From Eledone cirrhosa (lineage: Eukaryota), in the NCBI GenBank assembly GCA_964016885.1, contig OZ024740.1, positions 14,508,001 to 14,572,000 of the forward strand: a stretch of 64,000 nucleotides of DNA, given 5' to 3'. Under the pieces are notes generated by a model, which was not told where the DNA came from, made no database searches, and saw nothing but the letters and a program-made list of their open reading frames with translations. The first letter of the stretch is position 1. Each line of letters starts with the position of its first letter. Positions 18,001-32,370 of the stretch are shown in pieces. The translations under genes were made by a program, and so were the position numbers.

Positions 18001-21000
18001 CAACACACAAGCAGGTAATACACACATCTAGGACCACATACAACACACAAGCAGGTAATACACACATCTAGGGCCACATACAACACACACGCAGGTAATA
18101 CACACATCTAGGACCACATACAACACACTAGCAGGTAATACATACATCTAGGGCCACATACAACACACAAGCAGGTAATACATACATATAGGGCCACATA
18201 CAACACACACGCAGGTAATACATACATCTAGGGCCACATACCACACACAAGCAGGATATACATACATCCAGGGCCACATACAACACACAAGCAGGTAATA
18301 CACACATCTAGGACCACATACAACACACAAGCAGGTAATACATACATCTAGGGCCACATACAACACACAAGCAGGTAATACACACATCTAGGGCCACATA
18401 CAACACACAAGCAGATAATACATACATCTAGGGCCACATACAACACACAAGCAGGTAATACATACATCTAGGGCCACATACAACACACACGCAGGTAATA
18501 CATACATCTAGGGCCACATACAACACACAAGCAGGTAGTACACACATCTAGGGCCACATAGAACACACAAGCAGGTAATACATACATCTAGGGCCACATA
18601 CAACACACAAGCAGGTAATACATACATCTAGGGCCACATACAACACACAAGCAGGTAGTACACACATCTAGGGCCACATAGAACACACAAGCAGGTAATA
18701 CATACATCTAGGGCCACATAAAACACACAAGCAGGTAGTACACACATCTAGGGCCACATAGAACACACAAGCAGGTAATACATACATCTAGGGCCACATA
18801 GAACACACAAGCAGGTAATACATACATCTAGGGCCACATACAACACACAAGCAGGTAATACATACATCTAGGGCCACATACAACACACAAGCAGGTAGTA
18901 CACACATCTAGGGCAACATAAAACACACAAGCAGGTAATACATACATCTAGGGCCACATACAACACACAAGCAGGTAATACATACATCTAGGGCCACATA
19001 CAACACACAAGCAGGTAATACACACATCTAGGACCACATACAACACACAAGCAGGTAATACATACATCTAGGACCACATACAACACACAAGCAGGTAATA
19101 CATACATATAGGGCCACATACAACACACACGCAGGTAATACATACATCTAGGGCCACATACAACACACAAGCAGGTAATACACACATCTAGGGCCACGTA
19201 CAACACACACGCAGGTAATACATACATCTAGCGCCACATACAACACACACGCAGGTAATACATACATCTAGCGCCACATACAACACACAAGCAGGTAATA
19301 CATACATCTAGTTCCACATACAACACACAAGCAGGTAATACATACATATAGGGCCACATATAACACACAAGCAGGTAATACATACATCTAGGGCCACATA
19401 CAACACACAAGCAGGTAATACATACATCTAGGGCCACATACAACACACAAGCAGGTAATACACACATCTAGGGCCACATACAACACACAAGCAGGTAATA
19501 CATACATATAGGGCCACATACAACACACAAGCAGGTAATACATACATCTAGGACCACATACAACACACAAGCAGGTAATACATACATATAGGACCACATA
19601 CAACACACAAGCAGGTAATACACACATCTAGGGCCACATACAACACACACGCAGGTGATACATACATCTAGGACCACATACAACACACAAGCAGGTAATA
19701 CACACATCTAGGGCCACATACAACACACACGCAGGTAATACACACATCTAGGGCCACATACAACACACAAGCAGGTGATACATACATCTAGGGCCACATA
19801 CAACACACAAGCAGGTAATACATACATCTAGGGCCACATACAACACACAAGCAGGTAGTACCTACATCTAGGGCCACATACAACACACAAGCAGGTAATA
19901 CACACATCTAGGACCACATACAACACACAAGCAGGTAATACACACATCTAGGGCCACATACAACACACAAGCAGGTAATACACACATCTAGGGCCACATA
20001 CAACACACAAGCAGGTAATACATACATCTAGGGCCATATACAACACACAAGCAGGTAGTACACACATCTAGGGCCACATACAACACACAAGCAGGTAGTA
20101 CACACATCTAGGGCCACATACAACACACACACAGTTAATACACACATCTAGGGCCACATACAACACACACGCAGGTAATACATACATCTAGAGCCACATA
20201 CAACACATACGCAGGTAGTACATACATCTAGGGCCACATACAACACACAAGCAGGTAATACACACATCTAGGACCACATACAACACACAAGCAGGTAATA
20301 CACACATCTAGGGCCAGATACAACACACACGCAGGTAATAAACATATCTAGGACCACATACAACACACTAGCAGGTAATACATACATCTAGGGCCACATA
20401 CAACACACAAGCAGGTAATACACACATCTAGGACCACATACAACACACAAGCAGGTAATACATACATCTAGGGCCACATACAACACACAAGCAGGTAATA
20501 CACACATCTAGGGCCACATACAACACACAAGCAGGTAATACATACATCTAGGACCACATACAACACACAAGCAAGTAGTACATACAACTAGGGCCACATA
20601 GAACACACAAGCAGGTAATACATACATCTAGGACCACATACAACACACAAGCAGGTAATACATACATCTAGGGCCACATAAAACACACAAGCAGGTAATA
20701 CATACATCTAGGACGACATACAACACACAAGCAGGATATACATACATCCAGGGCCACATACAACACACAAGCAGGTAATACACACATCTAGGACCACATA
20801 CAACACACAAGCAGGTAATACACACATCTAGGGCCACATACTACACACAAGCAGGTAATACACACATCTAGGGCCACATACAACACACAAGCAGGTAATA
20901 CATACATATGGGCCACATACAACACACAAGCAGGTAGTACACACATCTAGGGCCACATACAACACACAAGCAGGTAGTACACACATCTAGGGCCACATAC

Positions 21001-24000
21001 AACACACACACAGGTAATACACACATCTAGGGCCACATACAACACACACGCAGGTAGTACATACATCTAGGGCCACATACAACACACACGCAGGTAGTAC
21101 ATACATCTAGGGCCACATACAACACACAAGCAGGTAATACACACATCTAGGACCACATACAACACACTAGCAGGTAATACATACATCTAGGGCCACATAC
21201 AACACTCAAGCAGGTAATACATACATATAGGGCCACATACAACACACACGCAGGTAATACATACATCTAGGGCCACATACAACACACAAGCAGGATATAC
21301 ATACATCCAGGGCCACATACAACACACAAGCAGGTAATACACACATCTAGGACCACATACAACACACAAGCAGGTAATACATACATCTAGGGCCACATAC
21401 AACACACAAGCAGGTAATACACACATCTAGGGCCACATAGAACACACAAGCAGGTAATACATACATCTAGGGCCACATACAACACACAAGCAGGTAATAC
21501 ATACATCTAGGGCCACATACAACACACAAGCAGGTAGTACACACATCTAGGGCCACATAGAACACACAAGCAGGTAATACATACATCTAGGGCCACATAA
21601 AACACACAAGCAGGTAGTACACACATCTAGGGCCACATAGAACACACAAGCAGGTAATACATACATCTAGGGCCACATAGAACACACAAGCAGGTAATAC
21701 ATACATCTAGGGCCACATACAACACACAAGCAGGTAATACATACATCTAGGGCCACATACAACACACAAGCAGGTAGTACACACATCTAGGGCAACATAA
21801 AACACACAAGCAGGTAATACATACATCTAGGGCCACATACAACACACAAGCAGGTAATACATACATCTAGGGCCACATACAACACACAAGCAGGTAATAC
21901 ACACATCTAGGACCACATACAACACACAAGCAGGTAATACATACATCTAGGACCACATACAACACACAAGCAGGTAATACATACATATAGGGCCACATAC
22001 AACACACACGCAGGTAATACATACATCTAGGGCCACATACAACACACAAGCAGGATATACATACATCCAGGGCCACATACAACACACAAGCAGGTAATAC
22101 ACACATCTAGGGCCACATACAACACACAAGCAGGTAATACATACATATAGGGCCACATACAACACACAAACAGGTAATACATACATCTAGGACCACATAC
22201 AGCACACAAGCAGGTAATACATACATATAGGGCCACATACAACAGACAAGCAGGTAATACACACATCTAGGGCCACATACAACACACACGCAGGTGATAC
22301 ATACATCTAGGACCACATACAACACACAAGCAGGTAATACACACATCTAGGGCCACATACAACACACACGCAGGTAATACACACATCTAGGGCCACATAC
22401 AACACACAAGCAGGTAATACACACATCTAGGACCACATACAACACACAAGCAGGTAATACACACATCTAGGGCCACATACTACACACAAGCAGGTAATAC
22501 ACACATCTAGGGCCACATACAACACACAAGCAGGTAATACATACATATGGGCCACATACAACACACAAGCAGGTAGTACACACATCTAGGGCCACATACA
22601 ACACACAAGCAGGTAGTACACACATCTAGGGCCACATACAACACACACACAGGTAATACACACATCTAGGGCCACATACAACACACACGCAGGTAGTACA
22701 TACATCTAGGGCCACATACAACACACACGCAGGTAGTACATACATCTAGGGCCACATACAACACACAAGCAGGTAATACACACATCTAGGACCACATACA
22801 ACACACAAGCAGGTAATACACACACGCAGTTAATACACACATCTAGGACCACATACAACACACTAGCAGGTAATACATACATCTAGGGCCACATACAACA
22901 CACAAGCAGGTAATACACACATCTAGGACCACATACAACACACAAGCAGGTAATACATACATCTAGGGCCACATACAACACACAAGCAGGTAATACACAC
23001 ATCTAGGACCACATACAACACACAAGCAGGTAATACATACATCTAGGACCACATACAACACACAAGCAGGTAATACATACATATAGGGCCACATACAACA
23101 GACACGCAGGTAATACATAGATCTAGGGCCACATACAACACACAAGCAGGATATACATACATCCAGGGCCACATACAACACACAAGCAGGTAATACACAC
23201 ATCTAGGGCCACATACAACACACACGCAGGTAATACACACATCTAGGACCACATACAACACACTAGCAGGTAATACATACATCTAGGGCCACATACAACA
23301 CACAAGCAGGTAATACACACATCTAGGACCACATACAACACACAAGCAGGTAATACATACATCTAGGGCCACATACAACACACAAGCAGGTAATACACAC
23401 ATCTAGGGCCACATACAACACACAAGCAGGTAATACACACATCTAGGGCCACATACAACACACACGCAGGTAATACACACATCTAGGACCACATACAACA
23501 CACTAGCAGGTAATACATACATCTAGGGCCACATACAACACACAAGCAGGTAATACACACATCTAGGACCACATACAACACACAAGCAGGTAATACATAC
23601 ATCTAGGGCCACATACAACACACAAGCAGGTAATACACACATCTAGGGCCACATACAACACACAAGCAGATAATACATACATCTAGGGCCACATACAACA
23701 CACAAGCAGGTAATACATACATCTAGGGCCACATACAACACACACGCAGGTAATACATACATCTAGGGCCACATACAACACACAAGCAGGTAGTACACAC
23801 ATCTAGGGCCACATAGAACACACAAGCAGGTAATACATACATCTAGGGCCACATACAACACACAAGCAGGTAATACATACATCTAGGGCCACATACAACA
23901 CACAAGCAGGTAGTACACACATCTAGGGCCACATAGTACACACAAGCAGGTAATACATACATCTAGGGCCACATAAAACACACAAGCAGGTAGTACACAC

Positions 24001-27000
24001 ATCTAGGGCCACATAGAACACACAAGCAGGTAATACATACATCTAGGGCCACATAGAACACACAAGCAGGTAATACATTCATCTAGGGCCACATAAACAC
24101 ACAAGCAGGTAATACATACATCTAGGGCCACATACAACACACAAGCAGGTAGTACACACATCTAGGGCAACATAAAACACACAAGCAGGTAGTACATACA
24201 TCTAGGACCAAATACAACACACAAGCAGGTAATACATACATCTAGGGACACATAGAACACACAAGCAGGTAATACATACATCTAGGGCCACATACAACAC
24301 ACAAGCAGATAGTACATACATCTAGGACCACATACAACACAGAAGCAGGTAGTACACACATCTAGGGGCACATAGAACACACAAGCAGTTAATACATACA
24401 TCTAGGGCCACATAGAACACACAAGCAGGTAATACATACATCTAGGGCCACATACAACACACAAGCAGGTAGTACACACATCTATGGCCACATACAACAC
24501 ACAAGCAGGTAATACATACATCTAGGGCCACATACAACACACAAGCAGGTAGTACATACATCTAGGGCCACATACAACACACAAGCAGGTAATACATACA
24601 TCTAGGACCACATACAACACACAAGCAGGTAATACATACATCTAGGGCCACATACAACACACAAGCAGGTAATACATACATCTAGGGCCACATACAACAC
24701 ACACGCAGGTAATACATACATCTAGGGGCATTTACAACACACAAGAAGGTAATACATACATCTAGGGCCACATACAACACACAAGCAGGTAATACATACA
24801 TCTAGGACCACATACAACACACAAGCAGGTAATACACACATCTAGGGCCACGTAAAACACACACGCAGGTAATACATACATCTAGCGCCACATACAACAC
24901 ACACGCAGGTAATACATACATCTAGCGCCACATACAACACACAAGCAGGTAATACATACATCTAGTTCCACATACAACACACAAGCATGTAATACATACA
25001 TATAGGGCCACATATAACACACAAGCAGGTAATACATACATCTAGGGCCACATACAACACACAAGCAGGTAATACTTACATCTAGGGCCACATACAACAC
25101 ACAAGCAGGTAATACACACATCTAGGGCCACATACAACACACAAGCAGGTAATACATACATATAGGGCCACATACAACACACAAGCAGGTAATACATACA
25201 TCTAGGACCACATACAACACACAAGCAGGTAATACATACATATAGGACCACATACAACACACAAGCAGGTAATACACACATCTAGGGCCACATACAACAC
25301 ACACGCAGGTGATACATACATCTAGGACCACATACAACACACAAGCAGGTAATACACACATCTAGGGCCACATACAACACACACGCAGGTAATACACACA
25401 TCTCGGGCCACATACAACACACAAGCAGGTGATACATACATCTAGGGCCACATACAACACACAAGCAGGTAATACATACATCTAGGGCCACATACAACAC
25501 ACAAGCAGGTAATACATACATCTAGGGCCACATACAACACACAAGCAGGTAATACATACATCTAGGGCCACATACAACACACAAGCAGGTAATACATACA
25601 TCTAGGGCCACATACAACACACAAGCAGGTAATACACACATCTAGGGCCACATACAACACACAAGCAGGTAATACATACATCTAGGGCTACATACAACAC
25701 ACAAGCAGGTAATACATACATCTAGGGCCACATACAACACACAAGCAGGTAGTACATACATCTAGGGCCACATACAACACACAAGCAGGTAATACACACA
25801 TCTAGGGCCACATACAACACACTAGCAGGTAATACATACATCTAGGGCCACATACAACACACAAGCAGGTAGTACATACATCTAGGGCCACATACAACAC
25901 ACAAGCACGTAGTACATACATCTAGGGCCACATACAACACACAAGCAGGTAATACATACATCTAGGGCCACATACAACACACAAGCAGGTAATACATACA
26001 TCTAGGGCCACATACAACACACAAGCAGGTAATACATACATCTAGGGCCACATACAACACACAAGCAGGTAATACATACGTCTAGCGCCACATACAACAC
26101 ACAAGCAGGTAATACATACATCTAGCGCCACATACAACACACAAGCAGGTAGTACATACATCTAGGGCCACATACAACACACAAGCAGGTAATACATACA
26201 TCTAGGGCCACATACAAAACACAAGCAGTTAATACATACATCTAGGGCCACATACAACACACAAGCAGGTAATACATACATCTAGGACCACATACAACAC
26301 ACAAGCAGGTAATACATACATCTAGGGCCACATACAACACACAAGCAGGTAATACATACATCTAGCGCCACATACAACACACAACCAGGTAATACATACA
26401 TCTAGCGCCACATACAACACACAAGCAGGTAATACACACATCTAGGGCCACATACAACACACAAGCAGGTAATACATACATCTAGGACCACATACAACAC
26501 ACAAGCAGGTAATACATACATCTAGGGCCACATACAACACACAAGCAGGTAATACATACATCTAGCGCCACATACAACACACACGCAGGTAATACATACA
26601 TCTAGCGCCACATACAACACACAAGCAGGTAATACATACATCTAGCGCCACATACAACACACAAGCAGCTAGTACATACATCTAGGGCCACATACAACAC
26701 ACAAGCAGGTAATACATACATCTAGGGCCACATACAAAACACAAGCAGGTAATACATACATCTAGGGCCACATACAACACACAAGCAGGTAATACATACA
26801 TCTAGGGCCACATACAACACACAAGCAGGTAATACATACATCTAGGGCCACATACAACACACAAGCAGTTAATACATACATCTAGGGCCACATACAACAC
26901 ACAAGCAGGTAATACATACATCTAGGGCCACATACAACACACAAGCAGGTAATACATACATCTAGAGCCACATACAACACACAAGCAGGTAATACATACA

Positions 27001-27589
27001 TCTAGGGCCACATACAACACACAAGCAGGTAGTACATACATCTAGGACCACATACAACACACTAGCAGGTAATACATACATCTAGGGCCACATACAACAC
27101 ACAAGCAGGTAGTACATACATCTAGGGCCACATACAACACACAAGCACGTAGTACATACATCTAGGGCCACATACAACACACAAGCAGGTAATACATACA
27201 TCTAGGGCCACATACAACACACAAGCAGGTAATACATACATCTAGGGCCACATACAACACACAAGCAGGTAGTACATACATCTAGGGCCACATACAACAC
27301 ACCCGCAGGTAATACATACATCTAGGGCCACATACAACACACAAGCAGGTAGTACATACATCTAGGGCCACATACAACACACAAGCAGGTAGTACATACA
27401 TCTAGGGCCACATACAACACACAAGCAGGTAATACACACATCTAGGGCCACATACAACACACAAGCAGGTAATACACACATCTAGGGCCACATACAACAC
27501 ACAAGCAGGTAATACACACATCTAGGGCCACATACAACACACAAGCAGGTAGTACATACATCTAGGGCCACATACAACACACACGCAGG
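1..27589. repeat. 40-bp tandem satellite, consensus CATACAACACACAAGCAGGTAATACA(T/C)ACATCTAGG(G/A)CCA, about 690 monomers in the window, continuing off the left edge
   Basis: Continuous 40-bp periodicity with recurrent point variants and rare 1-bp or 23-bp deletions. It ends abruptly at ...ACACGCAGG|CAAATTAG. Confidence 0.99.
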
Positions 27590-27881
27590 CAAATTAGTAC
27601 CATTGAACAACAACTGTTATAGACACCATGAATATTTCGGTGGGTACTTAGTACCTACTCGAATATTTATATCACTTTATATGTATTCTCATTCTATGTA
27701 GAGAAAAAAATGTATCGTGCTGCTATTTTTATAGTGGCATGAAATATCAACAAGTCTATAATCGCGCTTTTTCTTACGGCCTATTTATGTGTGGGTCACT
27801 TTAACGACCTGACCTCATGCATCGGGCAGAAAGCGATATATTTGCAAACTACGAGGCTTTGTGCCCTGGGGTATGGAAATA

Positions 27882-27939
27882 GCTGTCTGAAGAGATGATT
27901 CTTTCCAATCTTTTGATAAGCGAAACCGTCGGTCACAGC
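27882..27939 (+). ncRNA. Type I hammerhead ribozyme candidate (GUC site)
   Basis: Stem I GCTGT/ACAGC; core CTGAAGA 27887-27893; imperfect stem II with internal GATT/AATC; GAAA 27922-27925; stem III ACCG-T-CGGT; predicted cleavage after C27934. Confidence 0.75.
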
Positions 27940-28015
27940 ATTAGAACGGGTGAATATTTACATTTAAATATTTTAATTTATTTAAAAGATTGTTTATTGT
28001 TTACATGTTCCGCTC

Positions 28016-29575
<1,560 letters not shown>

Positions 29576-29610
29576 TATATAATAACTTGTGTGTTACACC
29601 TCTATTCTTT

Positions 29611-29726
<116 letters not shown>

Positions 29727-29831
29727 AGAGATATTCAATTTGTTTCCATATTTAATTTTACTTTCCAAGGATAACTTTAACCGTTAAGGCATATTATCCT
29801 TGGCCTTGTCAAATATTTATAAAACATTTTG

Positions 29832-29893
29832 TATTTTATCTGATGATAGCGTACCAACATTTTTGATACCCATGAAATATATATAATAGAATA
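29832..29893 (+). ncRNA. Type I hammerhead ribozyme, degenerate stem II, in a PLE terminal fragment
   Basis: TATTTTAT-CTGATGA-...-GAAA-TATATA-TA-ATAGAATA. The region ~29807-29933 is homologous to the pLTR end at ~55243-55384. Confidence 0.6.
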
Positions 29894-29938
29894 AATATGG
29901 TTTTATGAATATAGTTTCCATTTATTTAATATCAATTG

Positions 29939-29989
<51 letters not shown>

Positions 29990-30055
29990 AAGAGGGGGGG
30001 GAGTGTGTGTGTATACGTATATATGTATATATGTATATATACATATATATGTGTG

Positions 30056-30244
30056 TGAGTCCCGGGTTCAATTGGAGGTAACCAAAGTAAGGTACTCAAT
30101 ACATTAGTAAGCTTTCTGATGATTTCTTTTGAATGAAACAGTTCTAGTCCTGTAGAAGACATTTCTATATTAAACATGATGTTTACACTTTGCTAATGTA
30201 TTGAGTACCTTACTGTGGTTACCTCCGATTGAACCCGGCACTCA
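30056..30244 (+). mobile_element. ~190-bp hairpin mini-element (PLE pLTR derivative) enclosing a hammerhead
   Basis: 55-bp inverted repeats 30056-30110 / 30190-30244 with 4 mismatches. Homologous to 57491-57627 (minus) and 60340-60405. Confidence 0.75.
30112..30158 (+). ncRNA. Type I hammerhead ribozyme candidate (GUA site)
   Basis: CTTT-CTGATGA-T-TTC-TTTT-GAA-T-GAAA; stem III ACAG/CTGT; cleavage after A30154; short stem I CTTT/GAAG. Confidence 0.65.
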
Positions 30245-30366
30245 TACGCATATATATGTATATATACATATATACATATATATATATACATATATATATA
30301 TACATATATATATATATACACACTCTCTCTCTCTCACACACACTCACACACGCGCACACGCGCATA

Positions 30367-30430
<64 letters not shown>

Positions 30431-30758
30431 TATACATACACACACACACGTATATATATATACATATATACATATATACACACACACACACACTTACACA
30501 TATATATATATATGTTTATACATACACACACACACACATATATATATAGAACTTCCTGTTTCTGTATGGTCACCCCCACCCCGACAGCCACATCACGGCC
30601 CTACACCATCTGTGCAATCTGTCGTGTCCATGGCAACCTAATATGCGTAGCGTCTAACAGAATTTACAGCCAGTGTCACCATGGTTACCAACTTCCATCG
30701 TTGTTAGTGTATAGCTGCAGCCTGTTGACAGCAGAACTGGCAGCAGCAGTAGCTGCAG

Positions 30759-30766
30759 TAGTAGAG

Positions 30767-30839
<73 letters not shown>

Positions 30840-30889
30840 CGGTAGTGGTAGTAGTAGCGGTAGTGGTAGTAGTAGTAGTAGTAATAGTG

Positions 30890-30935
<46 letters not shown>

Positions 30936-31393
30936 CAGTAGTAGTAGCAGTAGTAGTAGTAGTAGTGGTAGCTGTAGTTGTAGTAGTGGTAGTGGTAGTT
31001 GTAATGGTAGTAGTAGTACTAGTAGTGGTTAGAGGGGGAGTGATTGTGGTGTTTATGTTGTCTTCGTGGAATATTACTAGTGATATCATTATCTTCACCA
31101 CTACCACTACCACCACTACCACCACCAAGACCACCACCACCAACACGACCACTACCACCACCACACCATCACCACCATCACCATCACCACACCATCACCA
31201 CCACCACCACCACCTCTACCACCACCAGCACCACCACCACCACACTACCACCACCACTACTACCACCACCACCACCACCACCACCACCACCACCACCACC
31301 ACCACCACCACCACTACCACCACCACCACCACCACCTCCACCACCACCACCACCACCACCACCACCACCACCTCCACCACCACCACCACCACT
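30759..31393. repeat. (GTA/GTG)n tract followed by a complementary (CAC/TAC)n tract
   Basis: Direct reading. Source of the poly-V/T/P/H ORF artefacts. Confidence 0.95.
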
Positions 31394-31500
31394 ACAGTCC
31401 GGTGTTCTTTTCTTACCGGAACCCTAATTGACATCAGAAAGAAATTACCTCAGGGGGAGGTAGACTGCAATGGAACAGACGGCGCCAGTAGTTCTAGCTT

Positions 31501-31532
31501 ACACACACACACAAACACACACACACACACAC

Positions 31533-31592
<60 letters not shown>

Positions 31593-32240
31593 ACAAACCC
31601 ATACACACCAACAAACACACACTCAGACACACGCGCACACACACACATGTATATGTATATATACACAGAAACACACACATTCATACACACATACACTCAC
31701 ACACACACACATATATATATATATATACATATATATATGCATGTATATGTATATATATATATATACATACATGCATATATAGATACATACATATATACAT
31801 ACTTATATACATACAAATCATACCAACATATACATACACACACACATACATATATACATACATGCATGTATGTATACATGCATACATATATTCATACATA
31901 CCAACATACATACTATATATATATATATATATATATATATGTTTGTATATGTTTGTGTGAATGTATGTGTGTGTGTATGTGTGTCTGCGTGTATGTGTGT
32001 ATGTGAATGTGTGTGTGTGTGTATGTGTGTGTATGTGTATGTATGTGTGTATGTATGTGTGTATGTATGTATGCGTATCTATGTGTGTATGTATGTATGT
32101 CTATGTATATATGTATGTATTTGTATGTGTATGTATGTGTATGTATGTATGTGAGCATGTATGTGTATATGTGTGTATGTATGTGTGTATGTGTATGTGT
32201 ATATGTGTGTCTGTGTGTATGTGTATACGTGTGTGTGTGT
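31501..32240. repeat. Compound microsatellite (CA/CATA)n-(TA)n-(TG/TATG)n
   Basis: Direct reading. Confidence 0.95.
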
Positions 32241-32370
32241 ATCTGGTAGATTGATCTGTTTTCTTGTTTTTCTGTTGTTTTATTCAGTTTCTGCCACAAT
32301 TGGTCCAATCCAAAGAAACAAAATTACTTGGAATTAAGTCAACGTTAAAACAGTTATTTGCTAAATTTTT

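Noticed and set aside
2592-25521. Dozens of 69-79 aa Cys/Val-rich ORFs (metallothionein- or keratin-like appearance)
   Set aside because: They are translations of the 40-bp monomer, which is not a multiple of 3. They appear only where a variant removes a TAG.
1-27589. CRISPR-like or C2H2 zinc-finger array reading (HKQVIHT on the plus strand)
   Set aside because: There are no unique spacers, no 84-bp period, no CxxC motifs, and stops occur regularly.
27596-27625. PLNNNC peptide right after the satellite, matching the Naiad linker CPLNNNC
   Set aside because: Too short, and the adjacent frame shows no further GIY-YIG similarity.
30512-32308. Poly-V/T/P/H and YI/HT ORFs, also at 59000-59950 and 61960-62460
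   Set aside because: Microsatellite translations.
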